A stretch of 64,000 nt of DNA from an uncultured Chloroflexia bacterium (GCA_963833225.1 CAWHXD010000005.1:1-64000), one strand, 5' to 3'; numbered from the stretch's first letter, positions 37,325-46,835 are shown. Numbers and translations are program-made. Notes: generated by a model from the letters alone, not told the origin.

Positions 37325-38328
37325 TCCGGCCCTCGCTGCCCGGTGCCAGGGGCGGGATCGGCTACCGCCCCGACCTCGATGGGCTCCGGGCGATCGCCGT
37401 GGGCCTGGTGATGCTGATGCATGCCCAATGGCCGTGGGAGAACAGCGGTGCGGACGCCGGGGTGACTGCGTTCTTCGTGCTCTCCGGCTTCCTGATCACC
37501 AGCATCCTCCTTCGCGAACGAGACCGCGATGGGCGGATCGACATCGTTCGCTTCTACCGGCGTCGCGTTGTCCGACTGGCGCCCGCATTGCTGGGGCTGC
37601 TGGCATTCACGCTGATCCTCGGCGTCCTCGCGGACCCGCCAACCAACTGGAGACTGGGGATCGTGTCCTGCCTCGCCTACCTGTCCAACTGGGTCCAGGT
37701 GGCCGGCATCAGCATCAATCCGCTTGGCCATACATGGTCCCTCGCCATCGAAGAGCAGTTCTACCTTGTCTGGCCGCTGATCCTGATCGTCGCTCGCGGT
37801 CGGGTCCTGCGACTCGCCGTGGCGGCGATCCTGGTCGCATCGGCGGTCCGTCTCGTGACGTCCGGGACGTTCGAGTACTTCTCCACCATCACGCGGGCCG
37901 ACGCGATCTTGCTTGGGTGCGTGGTCGCGATCGTGCAGCCGCGCTGGCCTGCCTGGGTTGGAGCAGCCGGCGTTGCCGCACTGGTTGGGGCGGCGCTGGC
38001 GCTCCCACCCTCCAGCCACGACATCGCCATTCCCCTTGCGATGGCGGCGACAGTTGCGGTGATCGGTGGAGCGCTGGAGCCGCTGGGTCGGCTGGCTCCG
38101 ATCGGCCTTCGGGCGTACAGCCTGTACCTGTGGAACTGGCCGATGACCATCCTGTTCGGCCCCATGGGGCTGGCGGCTCCTGCCGCGACGGTGATCGCGG
38201 GCGAGATCTCCTTCCGACTTCTTGAGGTTCCCGTGTTGCGGCGTGGACCGGCCAGGCGGGCCACCCCGGCCCCGCCCCCGGTCGCGGTTCGAGCCTCCGT
38301 CACGGTGGACACGGAATCCGGGAGGTGA
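37321..38328 (+). CDS. Acyltransferase-3, copy 2
   Basis: YRPDLDGLRAIAV, FFVLSGFLIT, HTWSLAIEEQFY. Confidence 0.92.
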   Translation: MIRPSLPGARGGIGYRPDLDGLRAIAVGLVMLMHAQWPWENSGADAGVTAFFVLSGFLITSILLRERDRDGRIDIVRFYRRRVVRLAPALLGLLAFTLILGVLADPPTNWRLGIVSCLAYLSNWVQVAGISINPLGHTWSLAIEEQFYLVWPLILIVARGRVLRLAVAAILVASAVRLVTSGTFEYFSTITRADAILLGCVVAIVQPRWPAWVGAAGVAALVGAALALPPSSHDIAIPLAMAATVAVIGGALEPLGRLAPIGLRAYSLYLWNWPMTILFGPMGLAAPAATVIAGEISFRLLEVPVLRRGPARRATPAPPPVAVRASVTVDTESGR

Positions 38329-39026
38329 TTGCCCGGGGAGTGCGGGCGACCGCGCTGTGCCTTCTCCTCGCCGCCTGCATGCCCCCTGGCGCCGACGCAC
38401 CGCCGACGCCCCTCCCGCCCCAGCCTGTCTGTCGGGCAGCGGGCGAGCCCAGCGCCCTGTGCGTCATCGTCCTGGGTGACAGCATCGGCGCAGGCGAGCC
38501 CCTCGAGGGCGAGGCTCGGTGGTGGGTCCTGCTCGAGCGGCTGCTCGCGGCCGCGCTGCCGGATCGAGACGTCGCGGTGGACAGTTGGGCAGTGTCCGGC
38601 AGTCGGGTGGACGTTCTCGAGGCGGCGGTGCGCGACCAGCAGGCGCTCGACAGCTACGATGTCGCCATCATCATCGAGGGGGTGAACGACACCTTCTTCA
38701 CCCCGCTCGACGAGTGGGCGGCTCGCTATACCGCGGCGCTTGAAGCCCTTGAGCACCGGGGGATCCGGGTGATCCCGACAACGCCACCCCCGAGCCTCGA
38801 GGACGGCCAGTTCAAGACGCGCTACGACGGGGTGGCCGAGCAAGTGCGACAGATGGTGACACCGGCCCGCCCGATCCTCGATATTGCTGCCCGATGGCAT
38901 GCCGACGGGGCGGAACACGCCGCCGGCTACTACGCGGACCTCATCCACCAGGGACCCGAGGGTCAACGCATCATGGCGGAAATGGCGCAAGAGATGGTGC
39001 TCCAGGTGCTCGGACCGGACGGGTAG
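38325..39026 (+). CDS. SGNH/GDSL hydrolase-fold lipoprotein, copy 2
   Basis: Lipobox LLAAC; VLGDS, EGVND, DLIH. Confidence 0.88.
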   Translation: MIARGVRATALCLLLAACMPPGADAPPTPLPPQPVCRAAGEPSALCVIVLGDSIGAGEPLEGEARWWVLLERLLAAALPDRDVAVDSWAVSGSRVDVLEAAVRDQQALDSYDVAIIIEGVNDTFFTPLDEWAARYTAALEALEHRGIRVIPTTPPPSLEDGQFKTRYDGVAEQVRQMVTPARPILDIAARWHADGAEHAAGYYADLIHQGPEGQRIMAEMAQEMVLQVLGPDG

Positions 39027-39066
39027 CCGCGCCTTGCCGGCTTGAGCGCGGGCCTGGATGTGCCGG

Positions 39067-40341
39067 TCAGCGCGTCGTCGGCCACAGGCTGTGGAGCGGC
39101 TGCCCCACGTCGTCATACCGGACGTGCCGCTCCGCGAGGCCCGTCCACAGCAGCGCCACCACCGTCACCAGCGCGATCACCGCGGACCCCAGGAGGCTGA
39201 TCTCTCGTCCTTCGGGCAGGGTCAGCTCGGGGGCAGGGGCGGCGTAGGCGAGGTTCGCGAGGAACGCCACCGAGAACGCGCCGAACGCCACCACCAGCAC
39301 GCGCCCGTTGGCCGCCATCAGCAGGAACACGAACGCCGGGTAGGCGGCCAGCGCCGGCATCGCCGTGAGGAAGGTGAACGCGACCAGGGTGATCGCCGCC
39401 AGGCCCAGCGCCAGGCCCTGCGGGCTGGGCCGCCGGTAGACGGCCGCGAACACCAGGAGCCCAAGCAGCCCCGCCACCCCGAACCCGACCTGCCGGAAGG
39501 TGAGCGGCCCAAGGACGGCCGTGGAGTCCGCCACGAAGTCCCCGCCCGCGCCAAGCACCTGGACGATCCACCAGGGATTCCACGCCCGCAGCGAGAGCAC
39601 GCTGAGCACGCCGTCCTGGGACTCGCGCAGGTTGGCCAGGTAGTTGAGCGGCCCGTTGGCCGCGATGAACGGAGCCCAGGCCAGGACGCTCACCACGATC
39701 GCGACCAGCGCGCCCTTGAGCGCCCCCCGAACGCCCTGGGTCGAGAGGAACCAGGCGGCGAACGGGACGATGAACGGCAGCGCCTGGGGCTTGGTCATCA
39801 GCGATACCGCCAGGAGGGCAGCCACCAGCGATGGCCGGTTGGCGCGCGCCGCGAGCACCGCCAGCACCGCCGGCAGCACGTAGATCGGCTCGTACTGGCC
39901 CCACCACGCGGACACGTACCAGGTGACCGGCCACAGCAGCACGGCGCCCATGGCCACGACGGCCGCCCAGGCCTTGTCGCGGAACCACCAGCCCATCGCC
40001 ATCGCCAGGCCCAGGTCGGCGATGCTGGCCGGGATCTTCATCAGGGCCGCGATCGCCGGATCGGAGGCGTCGGTGACGGTCCGGAACGCGGGCGCCACCC
40101 ACGCCAGCGCGCCCCACACCCAGGCCATGACGGCCGGGAACGAGAGGTCCTGGTCGTAGGCGTGGTCCAGGCCGCCAACGGCGATGCCGTGGACCCAGAG
40201 CACGAACTGGTCGATGTCCCCGGCCGGCCCGCGCGACGGCCACAGCCACAGCCGGACGGCGATCCCGGCGGCGAACAGCAGCGGCACCGCGATGGCGAGC
40301 AGCAGCGCCGGGATCGGGGAGGACCGCCGGCCGACGATCAC
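39067..40341 (-). CDS. Putative GT-C membrane glycosyltransferase (mannosyltransferase-like)
   Basis: GDIDQFVLW, KIPASIAD, SAWWGQYE, TKPQA, AWNPW; many TMs. Confidence 0.72.
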   Translation of the reverse strand: MIVGRRSSPIPALLLAIAVPLLFAAGIAVRLWLWPSRGPAGDIDQFVLWVHGIAVGGLDHAYDQDLSFPAVMAWVWGALAWVAPAFRTVTDASDPAIAALMKIPASIADLGLAMAMGWWFRDKAWAAVVAMGAVLLWPVTWYVSAWWGQYEPIYVLPAVLAVLAARANRPSLVAALLAVSLMTKPQALPFIVPFAAWFLSTQGVRGALKGALVAIVVSVLAWAPFIAANGPLNYLANLRESQDGVLSVLSLRAWNPWWIVQVLGAGGDFVADSTAVLGPLTFRQVGFGVAGLLGLLVFAAVYRRPSPQGLALGLAAITLVAFTFLTAMPALAAYPAFVFLLMAANGRVLVVAFGAFSVAFLANLAYAAPAPELTLPEGREISLLGSAVIALVTVVALLWTGLAERHVRYDDVGQPLHSLWPTTR

Positions 40342-40390
40342 GAGTCCACCGCCCGCGACGGGATCCCGTGCGCCGAGGCGGTCATCGCGG

Positions 40391-41467
40391 TCAGGCCGGC
40401 GTCGTGACCCAGTAGCGCTCGGCGAGGCCGCCGGGCACCCGGCCGATGTCGGCGGTCCGGGCCGCGTAACCGCGGACGGCGTCGGCCATGGCCTTCGTGC
40501 TGTCGAACAGCCGGTCGATCTGGCTCTCGTACAGCGCGATCGCGCGGATCTTGCGCTCCACCTGGTCGCTGATGTCGGCGAACTCGGCGGCCAGCGAGAT
40601 GCCGGCCGGGAGCGCGTCGAACGAGCCCGGGGGCATGTCCTCGAGCCGGCCGAAGTCCTCCCACCACGCGTAGGGGAAATCCTCGTACAGCACGACGGAG
40701 CCGGTGTAGTCCGGGCCGGGCATCACCCAGCGGCGGGCGTCGCCGAGGAGCGCAAGCCCCGCGTCCCGGGTGAGCTGGTGATCGACGTGGCCGCCGATGC
40801 CCATCGGGAGGTAGACCCGCTGCGGCTCCAGGCGCGCGATCTCGTGGCGCAGCAGGTCCACGGGCGCGCGATCGTCCGCGCGCGGCGTGCCCAGGAGCTG
40901 GTCGTCACCCTCGTAGCCGCGGAAGACGGCATCGGGCAGGTCCATCCAGACCATCGACACCTCGGCGAACGCCGCGAAGCGCTCGTCCTCGAGGCGCCGG
41001 GTGGCCATCGTCTCACCGGCGGCCGCGGCGTCGGTTCGCTCCGTCGTGAGGACGGCACCCTGGGTGCTGACGTCGTCGATCACGGCCTGCCCGGCGAGCG
41101 ACTCGTTGTGGATATGCGCGCGGCGGTACCACGACGAGCGCTGCCAGAAGCGCTTGGCGGCGGCGTCCGCATCGCCCTGGGTGGCGTCCAGCCCTTCCTT
41201 GGTGGCCTGCCACGGCGCGGCCGACGAGTCCTCCGGGAAGTCCGCCTGGAGGTGGGCGCGGTTGAAGGCCTCGGTGACCGGCCAGATCGCCTTGGACCCG
41301 AAGCCAAGCGCCTCGCGCTGGTACGGGGTGAGGCGGTCGACACCCCCGGTGCCCGAGTACAGCGTGAGCACCGTCACGTTCTGGCCGAGCTCGCGCAGGC
41401 TGGCGATGAGGCCGCCGCACGACAGCGCGACGTCGTCCGGGTGGGGGGCAACGAAGACATGGGTCAT
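40391..41467 (-). CDS. PIG-L family deacetylase with internal insertion
   Basis: APHPDDVALSCGG, RRLED, DLPDAVFR, GGHVDH, YEDFPY, YESQ. Confidence 0.88.
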   Translation of the reverse strand: MTHVFVAPHPDDVALSCGGLIASLRELGQNVTVLTLYSGTGGVDRLTPYQREALGFGSKAIWPVTEAFNRAHLQADFPEDSSAAPWQATKEGLDATQGDADAAAKRFWQRSSWYRRAHIHNESLAGQAVIDDVSTQGAVLTTERTDAAAAGETMATRRLEDERFAAFAEVSMVWMDLPDAVFRGYEGDDQLLGTPRADDRAPVDLLRHEIARLEPQRVYLPMGIGGHVDHQLTRDAGLALLGDARRWVMPGPDYTGSVVLYEDFPYAWWEDFGRLEDMPPGSFDALPAGISLAAEFADISDQVERKIRAIALYESQIDRLFDSTKAMADAVRGYAARTADIGRVPGGLAERYWVTTPA

Positions 41468-41555
41468 GGCCAGCGGAGTATAGCCAACGGGAGTGGCCGG
41501 TTCGGCACCAGGTCGATCGCCGCTGGACGCGCGACGGCCGCCGGGCCCCTGCCGC

Positions 41556-42215
41556 CTACTCGTGCCAGCCGGCGTCGCCCACGAGCGGCACGAACACGCA
41601 CGCGCCGTCGGATCGCTCCGTCCACTCGTTCCCGTGGCGCTCCACGACCAGCAGCTGCTGCTCGCGGCGGGTGCCCACGGGGATCACCAGCCGGCGCCCA
41701 TCGCCCAGCTGGAGCCGGAGCGGCTCGGGGACGACCGGCGCCGCCGCCCCGACCAGGATCCCGTCCCACGGTGCGGTCTCCGGACGGCCCAGGGTCCCAT
41801 CACCCACCTCCACGGTCACCCGGTCGGCGTAGCCCAGGTCACGCAGCCGCTTCGCTGCCTCGTGCGCCAACGCGGGATCGCGTTCGATGGAGGTCACGTG
41901 GCACCCCAGCTCGGCGAGCACGGCGGCCTGGTACCCGGAGCCCGTCCCGACGTCCAGCACCCGCTCCCCTGGGCCCACTGCCAGCAGCTCCGTCATGCGG
42001 GCGACGATGTACGGCTGGCTGATCGTCTGGCCCGAGCCGATCGGCAGCGGGTGGTCGTTGTACGCCTGGTCCCCGAGGCGCTTGCCGACAAAGGCCTCGC
42101 GCGGCACGGCACCCATGGCGGCAAGCACGCGTGGATCCCGGATATCCCGGCCCCGAAGCTGGTCGGCGACCATCCTCTCCCGGGCGACGCGTCTGCGGGC
42201 CCGAGTGTCGTCCAT
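41556..42215 (-). CDS. pcm: Protein-L-isoaspartate O-methyltransferase
   Basis: VPREAFV, GQTISQPYIVA, VLDVGTGSGYQAAVL, FVPL. Confidence 0.93.
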   Translation of the reverse strand: MDDTRARRRVARERMVADQLRGRDIRDPRVLAAMGAVPREAFVGKRLGDQAYNDHPLPIGSGQTISQPYIVARMTELLAVGPGERVLDVGTGSGYQAAVLAELGCHVTSIERDPALAHEAAKRLRDLGYADRVTVEVGDGTLGRPETAPWDGILVGAAAPVVPEPLRLQLGDGRRLVIPVGTRREQQLLVVERHGNEWTERSDGACVFVPLVGDAGWHE

Positions 42216-42226
42216 GTCCGGTGGCG

Positions 42227-42829
42227 TCAGCTCGCCGTGGGGCTGTCCGAGGGGCTCACGGGGCTCGCCGAGGAGCCCGGCGACTCCGGTGCGACCGACG
42301 GGGCCACCGAAGGTGCGACCGAGGGCGCCGTGGACGGTGCGACCGACGGCGCCACCGACGGGATGGCCGTCTCGATCGGGGTCGCGATCGGCTTTGGCGT
42401 GGCGAAGATGTCGCTCATGGGCCCGTTCCGGCCAAGGAGCAGCCCCCAGGCCAGGATCACCACGAACACCCCGACGGTGACGATCACGAAGTAGCTCGAG
42501 ACGCGGTCCTGGATGTGGACGGCATCATCGGCGGCCGTCGGCGCGGGCGCGGCCTTGGGGGCGCTTCCCTTCGTCCTGGGGTGGCCGGCACCGGCCCGGG
42601 CAGACGCACCGGCCGCGATCTCCGGCCCCGCATCCGCGGCGTCCTCGTCGTCGAGCTCCACCTCATCGTCCGTGGTGGGCTCCCCGTCATCGTCGCCGTC
42701 GTCGGTCGTATCCGCGGCGTCGGCGGTCTCGATGTCGTCGGCCCCGGGGCCCGTGGCGTCGGCCTCGGGCTCGGGATCCGTCGCGCCCTCGGGGCCCTCG
42801 GCCTCCGGGTCGCGTTCCTCGTCGGTCAT
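42227..42829 (-). CDS. Hypothetical single-pass membrane protein: acidic N-terminus, Pro/Ser-rich C-terminus
   Basis: D/E-rich N-term, TM YFVIVTVGVFVVILAWGLLLG, PSVA repeats; AGGAG RBS. Confidence 0.75.
   Translation of the reverse strand: MTDEERDPEAEGPEGATDPEPEADATGPGADDIETADAADTTDDGDDDGEPTTDDEVELDDEDAADAGPEIAAGASARAGAGHPRTKGSAPKAAPAPTAADDAVHIQDRVSSYFVIVTVGVFVVILAWGLLLGRNGPMSDIFATPKPIATPIETAIPSVAPSVAPSTAPSVAPSVAPSVAPESPGSSASPVSPSDSPTAS
42288..42365 (-). repeat. Imperfect 12-bp coding tandem repeat (PSVA x6)
   Basis: Translates to PSVAPSVAPSTAPSVAPSVAPSVAP. Confidence 0.8.
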
Positions 42830-42927
42830 CCGGGTGTTGGTCTCCTTGTCGTGGGCGGACCCAGCGGGTCCTGCCCTACGCGGCCGTCAGTGTACCGAGC
42901 CTGCCGTCCTCGGGGCCGGATCCGCCG

Positions 42928-45126
42928 TCACGCGTCCCGGACAGCGCGCACAAACGTGCCGCCGACACCCGCCGCAATCGAGATCACCCCCGCCCCGATG
43001 ATCACCGGAGCGGCCGTGAACAGCTCCACCAGGACGCCGCCCGCCGCCATCGCCAGGCTCATCCCACCGAACACCAGCGCGAACCGGAAGCTCACCACGC
43101 GTCCCATCAGCTCCGGCGGCGTGCGCTCCTGGAACAGCGTCTGGCTGGGGATCACGAAGGCCATGTTCGCGACGCCCATCCCGAACAGGATCCCGAGCAC
43201 CGCGGTCACGTTGCCCACCAGCCCCAGCGCCACCCCGCCCACCCCGAACGCGATGTACGCCACGATGATCAGCCGCCCCTTGCGAGCCCGGCCGGCGACC
43301 GCGCCCAGCAGGAACCCGCCGATCAGGCTGCCCGCGCCGATCGCCGTCTCCATGAACGCGTAGGTCGCGCGCCAGGCCGGCTCCGGTGCCGTGGTGATCT
43401 CGCGAGCGAGGATCACCGTGGCCACCAGCAGCATGCCCAGCGAGAACTGGCCCGCGGCGCCCTGGAGCGTGTTCGCGAGGAGCACCGTCTCGTTGCGCAG
43501 GAAGCCCCAGCCGGCCCGGAGATCCTCGCCAACCGACGTGCGTCCCTCGTCCGTGCGCGGTGTCTCGCCCGCCGTCTCGCCGGCGGTCTCGGCGTCGCCC
43601 GGCCTCGCCGCTGCGGCGGCACGGCGGATCAGCGGCGGCACCACGATCGTGGCGATCAGGCCCGCGGACGCGAGATACGTCACCGAGTCGAACCAGAAGG
43701 CGAGCGCCAGGGAGTCCCGGAGGAAGACCACGAACAGGCCCGCCAGCGGGTAGTTGATGACGTCCGCGATCGTCTCCGCCACCCACATCGCGGAGTTGGC
43801 CGAAAGCAGGTCCTCCTCGTCCACGATGCGCGGCAGGATCGCCTGCCTGGCCGGCCGGAAGAAGATCGAGATCGTGGTCAGCAGGAACACCAGCGGGTAG
43901 GCGACCCAGACGTTGAGCAGGATCGCGACCGGCACCAGCAGCACCACCGCCGCTCGCAGGATGTCCGACACCACCAGGACCTGCTTCTGGTCCCAGCGGT
44001 CGACGAAGGTGCCCGCGATCGGCGACAGGAACAGGTTGGGGACCGTGGCCACAAAGAACATCAGCGCCGTGAGCAGCGCGGAGTCGGTCAGCTCGTACAC
44101 GAACGCTGCCAGCGCGATCTGGTTCACGCGATCGCCGAACAGGCTGATGATCTGGCCCACCCACAGGGCCGAGAACGACGGATTGAGCGCGAGGCGGACG
44201 TAGGGGTGGCTCCGGACGCGCTCGGCCAGCGAGGGCAGGCCCGGAACCCCGAGCCTGACCAGGTCTCCTGGGGCAATCGTGTTCTCGCGGACCACCGCCG
44301 CGGCGTGCTGGCCGCGGGAGGTCAGCTCCACGGCTCGCGCCTCCGCCTCCTCGAGGGGGAATGGCGCCAGCGCTGGCGACGCGAGACCGATGCCACCGGC
44401 GCCCATCATCAGCGGCCGCTCGAGCGCCAGGGCTTCGTCGAAGGCCGAGTTCAGGCCCGAGCCCGCCCGGACCGCATTGCCTTCCTCGTCGACCGGCGCC
44501 AGGGTCCCCGGCAGGCGCAGCGTGCCCGCCAGGCCCTCGTATCGGCCCGCACGGGCGTCGTCAACCGCTTGCTGGGCCTGCTCCGGGCGCCGGAGCAGCG
44601 TCGCGAACAGGAAGAAGCCAAGACCCGCCGTGAGGAACACGTCGCCAAGCGAGGCAACGTTCTGGATCGGCGGGAAGGGGATCGGGATGATGTCGCCCAG
44701 CGGTCCGAGGCGGAACAGGAACTCTGGCCCGATCTGCGCGGGCAGCGTGAAGTGCAGGACCGAGTCCAGCGGCGGCGTCAGCCCCGACGCCTCGAACGCC
44801 GGCAGCCACACCGGCATCCGGCCGCCGTTGGCCGTGATCGCGAGGGCGTTGGCCGCCACGCCCACGAACGCCAGAGCCAGGCCCGGGTACCAACGGTTGT
44901 GCCACAGCGTGAACAGCAGGAGCCCGTAGGCAGATCCCAGGAGTGGGGCGCGCAGCGTCTCGACCAGGGGGATGTTCCAGCCCAGTGCGAGCTCCGTCGC
45001 GAACCGGATGATGACCGCGAGGAACAGCAGCGGCAGGAACCGCAGTCGGATCGTCGCGAGGTGCTCGAGCTTGCCGCCGAGCAAGAGGCCGAGGACCAGC
45101 CCGAGGATGATCCCGATGGTCAGCAA
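42928..45126 (-). CDS. DUF5317-like membrane domain fused to an MFS transporter (MefA/EntS-like)
   Basis: N-term GGKL..L, NALAITANGGRMPV, LGPLGDIIP..SLGDV; linker; then FSALWVGQIISLFGD, AGTFVDRWD, FFRPARQAILP, QERTPPELMGRV in one 732-aa frame. Confidence 0.8.
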   Translation of the reverse strand: MLTIGIILGLVLGLLLGGKLEHLATIRLRFLPLLFLAVIIRFATELALGWNIPLVETLRAPLLGSAYGLLLFTLWHNRWYPGLALAFVGVAANALAITANGGRMPVWLPAFEASGLTPPLDSVLHFTLPAQIGPEFLFRLGPLGDIIPIPFPPIQNVASLGDVFLTAGLGFFLFATLLRRPEQAQQAVDDARAGRYEGLAGTLRLPGTLAPVDEEGNAVRAGSGLNSAFDEALALERPLMMGAGGIGLASPALAPFPLEEAEARAVELTSRGQHAAAVVRENTIAPGDLVRLGVPGLPSLAERVRSHPYVRLALNPSFSALWVGQIISLFGDRVNQIALAAFVYELTDSALLTALMFFVATVPNLFLSPIAGTFVDRWDQKQVLVVSDILRAAVVLLVPVAILLNVWVAYPLVFLLTTISIFFRPARQAILPRIVDEEDLLSANSAMWVAETIADVINYPLAGLFVVFLRDSLALAFWFDSVTYLASAGLIATIVVPPLIRRAAAAARPGDAETAGETAGETPRTDEGRTSVGEDLRAGWGFLRNETVLLANTLQGAAGQFSLGMLLVATVILAREITTAPEPAWRATYAFMETAIGAGSLIGGFLLGAVAGRARKGRLIIVAYIAFGVGGVALGLVGNVTAVLGILFGMGVANMAFVIPSQTLFQERTPPELMGRVVSFRFALVFGGMSLAMAAGGVLVELFTAAPVIIGAGVISIAAGVGGTFVRAVRDA

Positions 45127-45160
45127 GGCTCAGCCCCGGGGTGGGAGAGGGACCGCGGGG

Positions 45161-46657
45161 TCAGCGTGGCTCAGCCGGGCGGGCCGCCCGTGCCGTCGGC
45201 GGCACGACGTTCACGGATCCCGGGCTCGCCGCGGGCGCCGCTCCTGGGCCTGGCGCCACGCCCGCGGGCTGCCCCGTGCCCGAGGCCAGCGCGGCCCCCG
45301 GGTTGGGGTGCTGTCCGATGAGGGGGATCGGTTGCGGCTGGATCGTGCGACCCGGGTCCGCCACACCTTCTGCCCAGTGCGTCTGGACGAAGGCGTCCAC
45401 GATCCTCGGGTCGAACTGGATCCCTGCGAACTTGCGCAGCTCGGCGATCGCCTGCTCAGGCGTGAGCGGCGTCATGCGGTATGGGCGTGCCGCCGTCATC
45501 GCCTCGAACGAGTCCGCCACGTGGAGGATCCGCGCCAGCAGCGGGATCTCGTCGCCGATCAGGCGGTCCGGGTAGCCCGAGCCGTTGTACCACTCGTGGT
45601 GGTGCCGGATGATCGGCAACTCCCGGGACAGCCGGTTCACCTTCTCGATGATCTGGGCACCCAGGACTGGGTGCGAGTTCATCATGATCCGCTCCTCCTT
45701 GGTCAAGCGGTCCTGCTTGAGGAGCACGGCGTCTGGCACCCCGATCTTGCCGACATCGTGGAGGAGACCACCCCATTCAAGCGCCTCGAGGTCCGCCGCG
45801 CCCAGCCGCATCACCCGCCCGATGTCGCCGCCGATCTCCTTCACCCGCCAGGAGTGGCGGCTCGTGTACGGGTCGCGCTTGTCAACGGCCTCTGCCAGGG
45901 CCGTGATCGTCTGGGTGAACATCTCGCGCATCTCGGTGTAGTTCCGGTACGCGAGGCGGGTCATGTAGAGCGGCAGGGCGAACAGCAGGCTCGCCCACGC
46001 GGCGATCACATAGATCTGGGCCATCAGCCAGCCGATCGGCGCGAGGCTCACGATGCTCGTGGCAACGGAGCGCGACTCGGCCCGAATGATGCTCGCGGCG
46101 CTCTCCTCGGTCCTCAGGGAAACGCTGAACGCCACCAAACCGGCGTTCACCGCGAGGAACACGGCCCCGCCCGCCAGTGCCACCAGGAAGATCGTCGGCG
46201 AACCTAGAGCCTGACTCCAGGCTGCCGGGTCTTGCGGCGGGACGCCAAGGGCCATCATGAAGAGTCCCGCCACGACGGCCGGCACGATGATCTCAGCGTG
46301 GTTGGACAGGGTTCCGTACCAAGGCACGCGGCCCCGAAGCTCGCGAACTTCTGTGGTCCCGAGGAGGCCGACCCATGCCCCTGCCGTCGGCCCGCCGACG
46401 ATGGTCGCCGCCGTGATCGTCGACACGGAGACGGCAAACATGGCACCCCGAGGCATCTTGACGGGCAAGGAAGATGCGACGAGGGTCACCAAGATCCAGA
46501 ACGCTAGCCCGGCGACGGGGGCGAGGTCCCCAAACTCCACGAAGCCTGCCGCGATCGGTGAGGTGGCACGCAGGGGAAATAGAAGAGTCGTGGCGACAAG
46601 CGCGACTGCGCTCGTTGCCACGACCCCTGCGATGTAGAGCTTCAGTTTCCTCGGCAT
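45161..46657 (-). CDS. Membrane-bound HD-GYP cyclic dinucleotide phosphodiesterase
   Basis: About 7 N-terminal hydrophobic helices; DPYTSRHS, LHDVGKIG, HHEWYNGSGYP, VADSFEAM..RPYR, GIQFDP. Confidence 0.92.
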   Translation of the reverse strand: MPRKLKLYIAGVVATSAVALVATTLLFPLRATSPIAAGFVEFGDLAPVAGLAFWILVTLVASSLPVKMPRGAMFAVSVSTITAATIVGGPTAGAWVGLLGTTEVRELRGRVPWYGTLSNHAEIIVPAVVAGLFMMALGVPPQDPAAWSQALGSPTIFLVALAGGAVFLAVNAGLVAFSVSLRTEESAASIIRAESRSVATSIVSLAPIGWLMAQIYVIAAWASLLFALPLYMTRLAYRNYTEMREMFTQTITALAEAVDKRDPYTSRHSWRVKEIGGDIGRVMRLGAADLEALEWGGLLHDVGKIGVPDAVLLKQDRLTKEERIMMNSHPVLGAQIIEKVNRLSRELPIIRHHHEWYNGSGYPDRLIGDEIPLLARILHVADSFEAMTAARPYRMTPLTPEQAIAELRKFAGIQFDPRIVDAFVQTHWAEGVADPGRTIQPQPIPLIGQHPNPGAALASGTGQPAGVAPGPGAAPAASPGSVNVVPPTARAARPAEPR

Positions 46658-46745
46658 CCGTCCCCAGTTCCCGATGTACTTCGGGACTCTAGCCCGTCCG
46701 CCCTATCTCAGTGAACAGGACTTGAGTACTGAGGTGGAGTTGAGG

Positions 46746-46835
46746 CTAGAAGCCCCGAAGTGACGCTCCCCCGGCGAGTGCCACGGCGGCAACAGCGCTC
46801 AGGGCAACCAGGACACGCAGAAGGCGATCCTTCAT
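46746..46835 (-). CDS. 29-aa hydrophobic micro-peptide MKDRLLRVLVALSAVAAVALAGGASLRGF (not in ORF track)
   Basis: ATG at 46835, GGAGGA RBS 7 nt upstream, TAG at 46746-48; basic N-term, hydrophobic core, GG, short tail ending in an aromatic residue. Confidence 0.8.
   Translation of the reverse strand: MKDRLLRVLVALSAVAAVALAGGASLRGF

Noticed and set aside
42288-42365. CRISPR-like or regulatory repeat array
   Set aside because: 12-bp in-frame coding repeats without spacers; no CRISPR array or cas genes seen in the window.
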